Counted from the first letter of the stretch, positions 40,238 to 49,591 are shown. The stretch: 50,575 nt of DNA from Lentisphaeria bacterium (GCA_041690595.1 JAWLHB010000025.1:62001-112575); one strand, 5' to 3'. The notes: generated by a model not told the origin, from the sequence alone. Program-made: numbers and translations.

Positions 40238-41557
40238 ATGGCACTATTCGCCGGAGCGGCGGCTCGTGATATCAGCCCCGCGAAGCCACTTCAACTGTAC
40301 GGCTATCCGCACGTCAAGCGAATCTGGGAGAAGATCCACGACCCGCTGCTGGCGTCGGCCGTTTATTTCGAGAACGAGGGGAGCAGCGTGGTGCTGGTTG
40401 CTCTCGACATCCTGATGTTGGAACCGCCGACGGCGCGGGATCTTCGCCGGCGGATCGCCAGCGTGATCGATTGCCCGGAGAGCGGCGTCTTCATCAGTTG
40501 CAGCCATACGCATTCGGGTCCGGTGACATCCGGGCTGGTGGGCTGGGCAGGAAATGAAGCGATGACAGGGGTCGACGCGGAGTATCTGGAGCAGGTCTTC
40601 AACGGCAGCATCGAGGCGGCCACGGCTGCCAAGGCGACGGCGCGTCCGGCAGAATATGGCTGGACGACGGCGGATGGCCGGGGCGTGGGCGGCAACCGCC
40701 TGGGGCAGGATGGGGCGATCGATCCGGAGGTTGGCGTGATCGCGTTGCGCGACGCCGAAAGCCGCAGCCTTTTTGCCATGGCCATGCTCTATGGCATGCA
40801 CCCGACCGTCATGCACGAAGACACACCGGAGGTTAGCTCGGATTTTCCGCACTACACGCGGGAGCATCTGCGCGAAGCGTTCGGGGAAGAGTTGGTGATT
40901 GCGTATCACAACGGTCCCTGCGGCAATCAGAGTCCGCGCTACCATGTGAAGGGGCAGACCTTCGACGAAGCGGAGCGGCTCGGGCGCAAGCTTGGTGAAG
41001 CGGTTCGGCAAAGCGTGGCGGCGCTGGGCGACGATGATTTCTCGGGTGAACCGTTGATCAACAGCGCGCTTCGTGAGTTTACGCCGGTCCGGCGCGAGCT
41101 GCCGACGGTGGCGTCCGCGGAGGAGACCTTGGCGGAGTACCGGGAGACGTACGAACGGCTGCAGCGGGAGGCGGCGGGTCATGGGCCGATCCGCACGGCC
41201 GAATGTGCGATCTTCGGTGCGGAAGGGAGCCTGGCGCTGGCGAAAGCGGCGGCGGCGGGTGCGGTCGATGCCAAGCTGGCCAATTATCCGCCCTTCGAGC
41301 TGCAGGGTGTGCGTATCGGCGAGGTGCGTCTGGTCGGCTGGCCGGGCGAGTGCTTTGTGGAGTACGCGCTGGAGCTGAAGCGGCGGGCTGGTTGCAAGGT
41401 CTTCATCTCGGCCTTTGTGAATGGCGAGATGCAGGGCTACATCGTGACCCCGGACGCGGCGCAGGCGGGTGGTTACGAGGCGACGAATGCGCTCTTCGGG
41501 CCGGGAACCGGTGCCGTTTTTGTACGTGATTCGCTGGACATGCTCCGCGATCTATAG
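40238..41557 (+). CDS. Neutral/alkaline ceramidase-like N-terminal domain protein (putative amidohydrolase)
   Basis: AGAAARDISP, HDPL, SCSHTHSGP, HPTV, SSDFP, GPCGNQSP, PGECFVEY; CAGGAG RBS before ATG 40238. Confidence 0.8.
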   Translation: MALFAGAAARDISPAKPLQLYGYPHVKRIWEKIHDPLLASAVYFENEGSSVVLVALDILMLEPPTARDLRRRIASVIDCPESGVFISCSHTHSGPVTSGLVGWAGNEAMTGVDAEYLEQVFNGSIEAATAAKATARPAEYGWTTADGRGVGGNRLGQDGAIDPEVGVIALRDAESRSLFAMAMLYGMHPTVMHEDTPEVSSDFPHYTREHLREAFGEELVIAYHNGPCGNQSPRYHVKGQTFDEAERLGRKLGEAVRQSVAALGDDDFSGEPLINSALREFTPVRRELPTVASAEETLAEYRETYERLQREAAGHGPIRTAECAIFGAEGSLALAKAAAAGAVDAKLANYPPFELQGVRIGEVRLVGWPGECFVEYALELKRRAGCKVFISAFVNGEMQGYIVTPDAAQAGGYEATNALFGPGTGAVFVRDSLDMLRDL

Positions 41558-41584
41558 ATCATCAGATTCGAGGAAAGGATTATC

Positions 41585-42730
41585 ATGAAAACAATCCGCG
41601 TCGGCGTCATCGGTCTTGGGCTGATGGGCCGTGAATTTGGAAGTGCGGCGGCCCGTTGGTGCCACCTGCTGGATATGGACGTCAAGCCCGAGATCGTGGC
41701 GGTGTGCGACACGAACGCGGGGTTGGTTCCGTGGTTCACGGAGAACTTTGCGACAATCAAGCAGGTGACGTCGGACTACAAGGAGCTGTTGGCGAATCCC
41801 GAGGTGGATGTGGTCTACTGCGCGGTGCCGCACAACCTTCACCAGAAGTTCTACTGCGACATCATCAATGCGGGCAAGAATCTGCTTGGCGAGAAGCCGT
41901 TTGGAATCGACAAGGCGGCGAATGATGTGATCATGGACTGCATGCGGAAGAATCCGGAGGTCTTCGTGCGCTGCACGTCGCACTTCCCGTTCTTTCCGCC
42001 GATGCAGCGGATCGGTCGGATGATCGAAGCGCAGGCGTTCGGGCGAATCATCGAGGTGAATTCGGGCTTTCTGCATTCGAGCGACCTGAACCCGAACAAG
42101 GCGATCAACTGGAAGCGGATGCTCGATATCAACGGTGAGTACGGCTGCCTGGGCGATCTTGGCATGCATCCGTGCCACATGCCCTTCAAGGCGGGCTGGT
42201 ATCCGCGTACGGTGCGGGCGATCCTGTCGAATCTTGTGCCGCAACGGCCGGACAAGAGCGGGAAGATGGTGCCGTGCGAGACGTGGGAGAATGGGACGAT
42301 GTTCTGCGACGCGGTGGATGCGTCGTGCGGAGAGGCTTTCCCGCTGACGATCAAGACGCAGCGTATCGCGCCCGGCGAGACGGATACGTGGTACTTCGAG
42401 GTGAAGGGGATGAAGGCATGCGCGCGCTGGAGCAGCAAGAACGCGCGCCTCTTCGAGTTGCTGGAGTACACCGGCGGCAGTGACCAGTCGTGGCAGCAGA
42501 TCGACATGGGCTGGGAATCGACCTTCAAGGCGATCACGGGCGGCATCTTCGAGTTCGGCTTCTGCGATGCGCTGCAGCAGATGTGGGCGGCCTACCTCTA
42601 CGAGTTGGTGCATGGGAAGCCGTTCGGCACCTTTGCCGGCTGCGTAACGCCGGAGGAAGTGGCGTATTCGCATCGCCTCTTCACGGCGGCGCTCAAGTCG
42701 CATGCCAACAACAGCTGCGAACGCGTTTAG
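41585..42730 (+). CDS. Gfo/Idh/MocA family oxidoreductase
   Basis: VGVIGLGLMG, GEKP, GCLGDLGMH. Confidence 0.9.
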   Translation: MKTIRVGVIGLGLMGREFGSAAARWCHLLDMDVKPEIVAVCDTNAGLVPWFTENFATIKQVTSDYKELLANPEVDVVYCAVPHNLHQKFYCDIINAGKNLLGEKPFGIDKAANDVIMDCMRKNPEVFVRCTSHFPFFPPMQRIGRMIEAQAFGRIIEVNSGFLHSSDLNPNKAINWKRMLDINGEYGCLGDLGMHPCHMPFKAGWYPRTVRAILSNLVPQRPDKSGKMVPCETWENGTMFCDAVDASCGEAFPLTIKTQRIAPGETDTWYFEVKGMKACARWSSKNARLFELLEYTGGSDQSWQQIDMGWESTFKAITGGIFEFGFCDALQQMWAAYLYELVHGKPFGTFAGCVTPEEVAYSHRLFTAALKSHANNSCERV

Positions 42731-43200
42731 AGCTGCTTCTTCTTCGGTTCAGCGCCGGTGGTCTCCCCACCGGCGGCTGGCCGGGGGTGCAGGGGGGATG
42801 GGGCGGTGTCAGTGGGAAGGCTCGATTGTTGTGGCTGAAGACTGCCGGTGAAGTGGCGGATGAGGGTGTCGTAGTAGTCGGCGCGGCGGCGATAGGTGCG
42901 GGCGCGTAGCTTGCAGAGGATGGCGACGCAAGCGGAGAGGGTGCTTTGCAGCACGGCCGGCCATGCAGAGAACCACCAGATGAGGCCGATCAGCGCAAGG
43001 ATCCACATGGCGTTGCCGAGACGTGCGGCGCGGACGGATTGCCGGCGCAGCCTGGTGGCCATCTCGGCGGCATGGAAATCGTCACCCATGGCACGGGCGA
43101 TGCGATCGAACTCATCGGCAACGCTATCCAGCCAGCGTTCTGCCGACCAGTTGTCCTTCATATCGGGAAACATCCGGGCCGCACCTCGTTGTTCGGTCAT
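42727..43200 (-). CDS. Hypothetical small membrane protein
   Basis: 157-aa ORF with two hydrophobic segments; its stop overlaps the convergent gene's stop. The start is uncertain. Confidence 0.5.
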   Translation of the reverse strand: MTEQRGAARMFPDMKDNWSAERWLDSVADEFDRIARAMGDDFHAAEMATRLRRQSVRAARLGNAMWILALIGLIWWFSAWPAVLQSTLSACVAILCKLRARTYRRRADYYDTLIRHFTGSLQPQQSSLPTDTAPSPLHPRPAAGGETTGAEPKKKQL

Positions 43201-43283
43201 GAGGTGTCACTGATACGCCGTTTGGGCGCGCTATACAAGTGGATTTGCGAAAACTGCGCGGGGGAAGCGGACGGGCAGGGGGG

Positions 43284-43510
43284 ATTAACCACAAAGAACG
43301 CAAAGATCGCAAAGATTGGGCGGGGGGAGGGCGGGGATCGGGCGGATCGGACGGATCGGGCGGATCGGACGGATCAGGCGGGCGCTGGGGACGTGGGGAG
43401 GCGGGCGGCCGTTAGGGGCAACGGGCAGAACAGAACCGATGGGGGCGCTGGAGGCGGGGAGGCGGCCGGCCGGTAGGGGAAACGGCCGGTACCGAACCGA
43501 TGGGGACGTG
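43284..43510. repeat. Mosaic intergenic repeat, copy 1 (modules A-B-C-C)
   Basis: Module A TTAACCACAAAGAACGCAAAGATCGCAAAGA at 43285; module B, 9-bp CGGATCGG(A/G) units, about 43335-43377; module C at about 43406-43444 and 43466-43506. Confidence 0.9.
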
Positions 43511-43521
43511 GTGGATGGCTG

Positions 43522-44481
43522 CTATGGCTTGAGGGTCAGGACGACTTTGCCGATGTTCTCCTGGCGCTTGAGGATGGCGTGGGCTTCTTCGGCCATGGTC
43601 ATCGGCAGAGTCTGGTGAATGACGACCTTGATCTGACCGGAGGAGAAGGCGGGCCAGAGGCGCTTCTGAAGCTCGGCAAGGATCTGGGCCTTCATCTCGG
43701 TGGAGCGGCTGCGGAGGGTGCTGCCGATGAGCTTGACGCCGCGCTTGAAGAAGTCGAGCATGTCCAGCTCGCTGGATGGGCCGCCCAGGGTGGCGATGAC
43801 GACCCAGCGCCCGCCCCGCGCCATCGTCTTGAGACAGGGGCCCAGATCCTTGCCGGCGACGCAGTCCATGGCCACGTCGACGGGATGGGCGGCGAGTTCG
43901 GTCGCGATGTCCTGGGTCTTGCGGTTGATGACGACGTCGGCACCAATATCGCGGACAAAGCGGGCTTTGTCTTCGGAGCCGACGGTCGTGACGACCTTGG
44001 CGCCCAGGGCTTTGGCCAGTTGGATGGCGGCCATGCCAAGTCCACTGGCTCCTGCCTGGATGAAGACGGTGTCGCCGGCTTTCATGTCGCCTTCGATGCA
44101 AAGGTTGAGGTAGGAGGTGGCGAAGGCCTCGGGGATGGCGGCGGCCTCGACCATGGAGAGACCTTGGGGAACAGGCAGGGCCATGTCGGCGGGGACGGCG
44201 ACTTTTTCCGCGTAGCCGCCGCCGCCAAGGAGCGCACAGACTTTGTCGCCAGGCTTCCATCTGCCGTCGGCGGGGGCCTCGATGACGACGCCGGCGACCT
44301 CGAGTCCCATCCAGTCCGGCCAGCCGGGCGGGGGTGGGTAGTTGCCTTCGCGCTGGAGGAGGTCGGCCCGGTTGAGGGCGGCGGCGTGGACCTGAATGAT
44401 GATGTCGGTTTCCGCGCGAATGGGATCGGGAACCTCGCTCCAGGCGAGGGATTTGTCGTCCTTGATCAGAATGGCACGCAT
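43522..44481 (-). CDS. NAD(P)H-quinone oxidoreductase, PIG3/zeta-crystallin (MDR) family
   Basis: AAALNRADLLQREGNYPPPPG, GLEVAG, GGGYAE, AGASGLG, GSTLRSR, NIGKVVL. Confidence 0.93.
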   Translation of the reverse strand: MRAILIKDDKSLAWSEVPDPIRAETDIIIQVHAAALNRADLLQREGNYPPPPGWPDWMGLEVAGVVIEAPADGRWKPGDKVCALLGGGGYAEKVAVPADMALPVPQGLSMVEAAAIPEAFATSYLNLCIEGDMKAGDTVFIQAGASGLGMAAIQLAKALGAKVVTTVGSEDKARFVRDIGADVVINRKTQDIATELAAHPVDVAMDCVAGKDLGPCLKTMARGGRWVVIATLGGPSSELDMLDFFKRGVKLIGSTLRSRSTEMKAQILAELQKRLWPAFSSGQIKVVIHQTLPMTMAEEAHAILKRQENIGKVVLTLKP

Positions 44482-44574
44482 TCAGGGAACTCCTTGCGAT
44501 TGAGGTAAGGGAGGGGTATGGATTGCAAGGTAACCGGGCTTTGGGCTGGGTGCAAGCGGGGAGGGCGGCAGGAG

Positions 44575-44904
44575 AATTAACCACAAAGAACGCAAAGATC
44601 GCAAAGAACGAGCCGGGGAAGGGGGAGCGCGGGGAGGCTGGGAGGCGGGGATGTTTGCCACAGAGGCCTCAGAGGTCACTGAGGAAGAGGCTTTTGGCTC
44701 CAGTGCAGGGAGGATACTGCTATAGGAGACCAAAAGGTTGTTAGAGAGAGCAAATTAAACCACGAAGTACACGAAGAGCACGAAGAGGGTACAGAAGAGA
44801 GAGCTTGGTTTCGGGGAGGAAGAGGGGACGCGGAGACGCGGGGAGGCGGGGACGCGGGGGGCCGGTCAGGGGCAACGGGCGGAACTGAACGATGGGGAGG
44901 CGGA
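44575..44904. repeat. Mosaic intergenic repeat, copy 2 (modules A-A'-A''-D-C)
   Basis: Module A at 44577; related 9-bp triplets CACAGAGGC-CTCAGAGGT-CACTGAG and CACGAAGTA-CACGAAGAG-CACGAAG; module D GACGCGG units at about 44826-44860; module C at 44861-44903. Confidence 0.9.
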
Positions 44905-47900
44905 TCAGGTGGTTGGGCGTTGGGCGTGGACTTTCATGATAAGGTCGACGAGGGTGTTGGAGGCATCGCTTTTCGAAACGTAAGCGACTGCACCTGCTTC
45001 CTTCATGGTGGCGGCACGCTCCGACTCCTGATACATGGAAAGGCCGATAATCTGGATGTGGGGCATCTCCTTGTGCAGCCGACGCGTGGCCTCGACTCCG
45101 TCCATAATGGGCATGGAAGAATCCATAAGGACGATATCGGGATTCAGCTTCCGAGCCTGCTCTATTGCCTTAAGGCCGTCGGCGGCCTGGCCGACCACAA
45201 CGATACCGTCGGTGGCGGAGAGGATTGCCACCAGGCCCTGACGAACCATGGCGTGATCATCAGCCAGGAGGACGCGAATGTGGGTCGTGTCGTCGTCGAG
45301 ATTTTCCTCTGACTGAGCAGCGACAGGAGTGTACGCATTGGCCGTTGCTTGAGCTGGCTGGCGCATGGTGTGGGGCTTCTGGTCTATCGGTGCGATGAGG
45401 ACGAAGCGGGAACCTGCGCCGGGCGAGCTTTCAATCTCAACACTGCCGCCCATCATGGTCATCCGTTCCCGGATGCTGTAGAGGCCCAGACCTCCATCAA
45501 CCAGGTCGCAGGTGAAGGCTTGGGTGGGATCGAAGCCCACTCCGCTGTCGGCGACGACGACGTGCAGGTTTTTGGCGTCATGGCGTGTCAGTTCGACGAT
45601 GGCCGTCGTCACCTTGGCGTGTTTGACGACATTGAGGAGGAGTTCGCGGACGGACTGGAACAAGAGCAGGCGGACATCTTCACGAGGTACGACAAGCTCC
45701 TTGTCGGCGTGAAGATCTACATTCAGGCCGTGCTTTTCATGCATCCAGCGCGCGAGCCAGTCGAGACCGGCGGCCAACCCAGCCTCGTGCAAAATCGGCG
45801 GGGATAATTCGACGCTGAGAGAGCGGGATGCGCTTATCGCCTGGTCCAGGAGGTCGTCCACCTGATCGACGGCCTTCTTGCCGCCCTCATCGACCTGGCG
45901 ATGGAGCACATTCAAGCCGAATTTGGCTCCAACGAGCAACTGCTGAAGGTGGTCGTGCAGGATGGATGCGAGGCGTCGCCGCTCACGCTGCTCCGCGAGG
46001 ACGACTTCGGATGTCAGTCTCTGAAGCTGTTTGGCGCGCTCCTGAAGAGCGCGAGTGTGCTGCTTGTGTTCGGTGAGGTCGCGTTCGGTCAAGGCGATGA
46101 CTGGAGCATCGGTGCCGGGCGACAAGGTGGAGACGGTCAGCCAGACATCGATGACGTTGCCGTCCTTGCAGAGGCGGCGGGTCTCGAAGGAGCGCACATC
46201 TTCCCCGCGACTGAGTTTGGCCAGGAGGGTTGCGGGGGACTCCGCGCTCTTGGCGGGGGTGAGGTCGAAGAGGGTCTTGCCCACGGCCTCCCTGGCGGTC
46301 CATCCATACATCTTCTGAGCGCCGCGATTCCATTCCTGGACCTTTCCTTCGGTGTCGACCAGCAAGACGGCGTCATTGGAGTCGGTCATGACCGCCGCGA
46401 GTCGGCGAGTTTTCTCTTCGGCGACCTTCAATTCGGTAATGTCGGTAAAGGTAGCGATGACCCCGTCGTGCCGTTGGTTACCGGCTTCATAGGCGAGGAG
46501 GTGGACCATGTGCCATCGGCCGTCGCGGCCGCGGATTTCCCGCCGGTTCGATTTGCCGCTCGCCTGTATTTTGGCGGCCTCGGCATTGAGATCGAGATCG
46601 AGCAGGTTGTTGGCGAAATGGGAGATGGGGCGTCCCTTATCGGTCGGCCGGAGGTTGAGCAGCTCTCCGGCAGGGGGGGTGAAGAAGCGGATGTTGAGGT
46701 CACCGTCGAGGAAGACGGTGGCGATGGCGGTGGAAGTGAGGAGATTGGACATGTCGCTGTTGGCGGCATTGAGTTCGGCGAGCTTTTCCTGGAGTTCGCT
46801 GTTGACGCTGGTCAACTCTTCATTGATGGATTGCAGCTCTTCCTTGGAGGTCTCCAGTTCTTCGTTGGTGGACTGCATTTCCTCATTCATGGAGGTGGCT
46901 TCTTCGTTGACCACCTTGAGTTCTTCATTGGCGGACTGCAGCTCGGCGATGGTGCGGCGCAGATCCTCCTGGGTGAGATGGAGTTCGCGTTCGAGGCGTT
47001 CGACGGCGGAGCCGTCGGGCGATTCACCGGAGGCGAGGGTTTCGGGTGCTTTTGTTCGGGCTCTTTCGAGTACCACCGCCACGAGGACGCCGGCGTTTTC
47101 GGGGTAGGCGACGGGGAGAACCGTAACATCGGCAAGGAAGATTTCTTCCTTCTCTTCCTTGATCGGGACGCGCAAGAGAATCTGGGGCTCCTTGGAGTTG
47201 ATGGCGTCCCGAACAGAGGGCCGCAGGGAGCCAGCCAGACCCTCGCGAGCCATGTCCAGCAGATTCATCTCCACTTCTCCGCTGGAGATGCTCAGATAGC
47301 GGTCGAGTCGCCCAAGAAAGCGAGTAATCCTTCCGGACGGGTCGATGAGGACGACGGCGGCGCCGAAATGGGAGAGGAGTACGCTCTTGAGAATATCTTC
47401 GAGAGCCTGCTGATCGCGCGGTGGCTGCTGCAGATGATTGACGTGGCCCTGCCGTCTGCCAGCCCTGGCGTAGACCGGCAGTTCCAGTTCGACAAGCCGC
47501 GGCGCATCCTGGCGGCGGAGGATCCGGAAATCGCTGTTGATCGGCTCGAAAAGATCCGTGCGGCCGGCAGTCGACTCGGCCTTACCGAGAAAGAGGTAGC
47601 CATGGGAGGCGAGGGTGAAGTGAAAGAGCGCGATGATCTTCTTCTGAACATCCGCTTCCACGTAGATGAGAAGATTGCGGCACGTGACGAGATCCATGCG
47701 GCAGAAAGGCGGATCCGCGACCAGATTGTGAGCGGCGAAGACGATCGTTTCGCGCAGTTCCTTCTTGATTTGGAAGAAATCCTTGGAGCGGATGAAGAAA
47801 CGTTCGAGCCGCTGTGCGCTGACGTCTTCGGCGATGCTGAGGGGATAGATGCCGGCGCGGGCTTTCTGAAGGGATCGTTCATCGAGGTCAGTGGCGAAAA

Positions 47901-49008
47901 TCTGAAGTTTGCAGCTCTTTCCTTCAGCTTCCAGTGCCTCGAAGAGGAGCATGGCAATGGAATAGGCCTCCTCGCCCGATCCGCATCCGGCGGTCCATAC
48001 CCGCACGGGTATAGCAGGGTCCTTTTCGCGTACGAGGGGTCTGATCACCAGGTGGTCGAGCTCCTCGAAAGCCGCGGTATCGCGGAAAAAGCTGGTGACA
48101 CCGATGAGGAGATCTCTGACGAGTTCGGTGGCCTCGTCGGAATTCTTCTCCAAGGTTTGCTTGTATGCTTCGAGGGATTCGACGCCAATGATGCCCATGC
48201 GGCGGGCGATGCGGCGCAAAAGGGCACTCTTCCTGTACCAGCGAAAATCCGAATTTCCTCGCTCGCGGATAATGGTGAGTATGGCTTCCAGGGTGCCGGT
48301 ATCGTGCTCTGGAATCTCTTTTGCTTTGGCGGCCTTGTGGAGGAAGGGGTGGTTTGCATGCTTCATGAGTGCCTGGCCCATCTCCTCGACGGGGAGGACG
48401 AGGTCTACCAGTCCCGTAGCAATGGCATGGCGGGGCATGTCATCATATTCGGCGGTCGAGGGTTCCTGGACAATGGTGAGGCCACCTGCCCCGCGGATGG
48501 CCTCGACACCCAAGGTGCCGTCGCTTCCGGTGCCGGAGAGGATGATGGCCGCCGCGTCCGATCCGCTTTCTTCCGCCAGGGATCTCAGGAGGAAATCGAT
48601 GGGGAGCCGTAAGCGGGCCTGTGGGGGCGGCGGCGTTGTACAGAGCTTGCCTGCACGAAACGCGAGGTAGCTGTTGGGGGCAATGACGTAAACATGGTTT
48701 GGCTCGGGCACCAAGTCTTCGTTTACCTGCACCACCGGCATGTCGATCTTGGCGGCAAGGATTTCCGATAGCAAGCTGGGCGAGTCGGGGGCCAGGTGTT
48801 GGACAACGATGAAGGCCATGCCGCTGTCACTGGGCAGTGAGGAAAAGAAATCCTTGAGTGGGGTGAGGCCGCCGGCGGAGGATCCGACGGCAACGAGCTT
48901 GAGTGGCTTGGGATGTTCTCCCGCATGGCTGGGAGATGGTGCTTTCGTGGCTTCTGGAGATGCTGGAGGATGGAGTTCCGCTCCATCGCGGGGGCGCTTT
49001 TTTGCCAT
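44905..49008 (-). CDS. CheB methylesterase-CheR methyltransferase-PAS-histidine kinase-receiver hybrid
   Basis: CheB motifs GSSAGG, QH and GTGSDG; CheR motifs IGVTSFFRD, AGCGSGEEAYS and CRNLLIY; coiled coil NEELETSKEELQS; PAS domains; HisKA_3-type ERRRLASILHD; HATPase DSGVGF/GGLGL; REC domain LADDH..LMD. ATG 49008 has an AAGGGG RBS; the ORF-track extension to 49635 only reads through repeat DNA. Confidence 0.92.
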   Translation of the reverse strand: MAKKRPRDGAELHPPASPEATKAPSPSHAGEHPKPLKLVAVGSSAGGLTPLKDFFSSLPSDSGMAFIVVQHLAPDSPSLLSEILAAKIDMPVVQVNEDLVPEPNHVYVIAPNSYLAFRAGKLCTTPPPPQARLRLPIDFLLRSLAEESGSDAAAIILSGTGSDGTLGVEAIRGAGGLTIVQEPSTAEYDDMPRHAIATGLVDLVLPVEEMGQALMKHANHPFLHKAAKAKEIPEHDTGTLEAILTIIRERGNSDFRWYRKSALLRRIARRMGIIGVESLEAYKQTLEKNSDEATELVRDLLIGVTSFFRDTAAFEELDHLVIRPLVREKDPAIPVRVWTAGCGSGEEAYSIAMLLFEALEAEGKSCKLQIFATDLDERSLQKARAGIYPLSIAEDVSAQRLERFFIRSKDFFQIKKELRETIVFAAHNLVADPPFCRMDLVTCRNLLIYVEADVQKKIIALFHFTLASHGYLFLGKAESTAGRTDLFEPINSDFRILRRQDAPRLVELELPVYARAGRRQGHVNHLQQPPRDQQALEDILKSVLLSHFGAAVVLIDPSGRITRFLGRLDRYLSISSGEVEMNLLDMAREGLAGSLRPSVRDAINSKEPQILLRVPIKEEKEEIFLADVTVLPVAYPENAGVLVAVVLERARTKAPETLASGESPDGSAVERLERELHLTQEDLRRTIAELQSANEELKVVNEEATSMNEEMQSTNEELETSKEELQSINEELTSVNSELQEKLAELNAANSDMSNLLTSTAIATVFLDGDLNIRFFTPPAGELLNLRPTDKGRPISHFANNLLDLDLNAEAAKIQASGKSNRREIRGRDGRWHMVHLLAYEAGNQRHDGVIATFTDITELKVAEEKTRRLAAVMTDSNDAVLLVDTEGKVQEWNRGAQKMYGWTAREAVGKTLFDLTPAKSAESPATLLAKLSRGEDVRSFETRRLCKDGNVIDVWLTVSTLSPGTDAPVIALTERDLTEHKQHTRALQERAKQLQRLTSEVVLAEQRERRRLASILHDHLQQLLVGAKFGLNVLHRQVDEGGKKAVDQVDDLLDQAISASRSLSVELSPPILHEAGLAAGLDWLARWMHEKHGLNVDLHADKELVVPREDVRLLLFQSVRELLLNVVKHAKVTTAIVELTRHDAKNLHVVVADSGVGFDPTQAFTCDLVDGGLGLYSIRERMTMMGGSVEIESSPGAGSRFVLIAPIDQKPHTMRQPAQATANAYTPVAAQSEENLDDDTTHIRVLLADDHAMVRQGLVAILSATDGIVVVGQAADGLKAIEQARKLNPDIVLMDSSMPIMDGVEATRRLHKEMPHIQIIGLSMYQESERAATMKEAGAVAYVSKSDASNTLVDLIMKVHAQRPTT

Positions 49009-49125
49009 GGCTGGTCCCCTTGATTTCTTGCTTGAGCGACGACCGGTTCGTTTCTCGTCCGGTCGGCTGCTCAACCACACGTCGCGCCTGGAATAGGGGA
49101 AACCCCTCCCCTTGGTCCGCCTTAT

Positions 49126-49154
49126 AGGATAGACGAGAAAGGAGAAGAAAGCAA
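49126..49154 (-). promoter_or_regulatory. Putative sigma70 promoter for the CheB/CheR hybrid
   Basis: Minus strand TTGCTT-N17-TATCCT, about 120 bp upstream of ATG 49008. Confidence 0.45.
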
Positions 49155-49183
49155 ATCGACGCGCGATTCTGGCGCCGGGGCGG

Positions 49184-49445
49184 AACGCGGGGACGCGGGG
49201 ACGCGGGGACGGGCGGAGGTATGCTGGAGGCTTAACCACAAAGAACGCAAGGATCGCAGAGAATGAGCGGGGGAAGGGGAGACGGACGGATCGGGCGGAT
49301 CGGACGGATCGGGGGGATCGGGGAGACGGACGGATCGGGGGATCAGGAGGCGGCCGGCCGTTAGGGGCAACGGCCGGAACTGAACCGATGGGGAGGCGGC
49401 AAGGCGGGGACGCGGATCGGGCGGATCGGACGGATCGGACGCGCC
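49184..49445. repeat. Mosaic intergenic repeat, copy 3 (modules D-A-B-C-B)
   Basis: (ACGCGGGG)x3 at about 49185; module A at 49232; CGGATCGG units at about 49284-49345 and 49414-49440; module C with perfect hairpin CCGGCCGTT-AGGGGC-AACGGCCGG at 49354-49377. Confidence 0.9.
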
Positions 49446-49591
49446 CTTGACCATGCCAGTACTCTCCATGACTTGGCGGCTCTTCTGTGCGTGGCCCGCG
49501 GCTTCGGCAACCCAGACCTCCCTGGCACCCGCCTCGCGGTATGGACGGTATGGAGAGGCCTTGGGGGCTGGGTATTTTCTTTAAAAACCAC

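Noticed and set aside
45901..48612. Long antisense ORFs (903 aa here; also 2581-4587, 25892-27439, 32801-34426, 49604-50518, 7-576)
   Set aside because: Shadow frames of real genes in high-GC DNA, with no recognisable motifs.
43284..49445. Classical integron attC sites
   Set aside because: The hairpin is too short, lacks a proper RYYYAAC...GTTRRRY arrangement with L boxes, and there is no intI.
49462..49557. Possible structured ncRNA closed by CTCTCCAT/ATGGAGAG
   Set aside because: Only an 8-bp stem, with no recognisable riboswitch or tRNA motif; needs an Rfam search.
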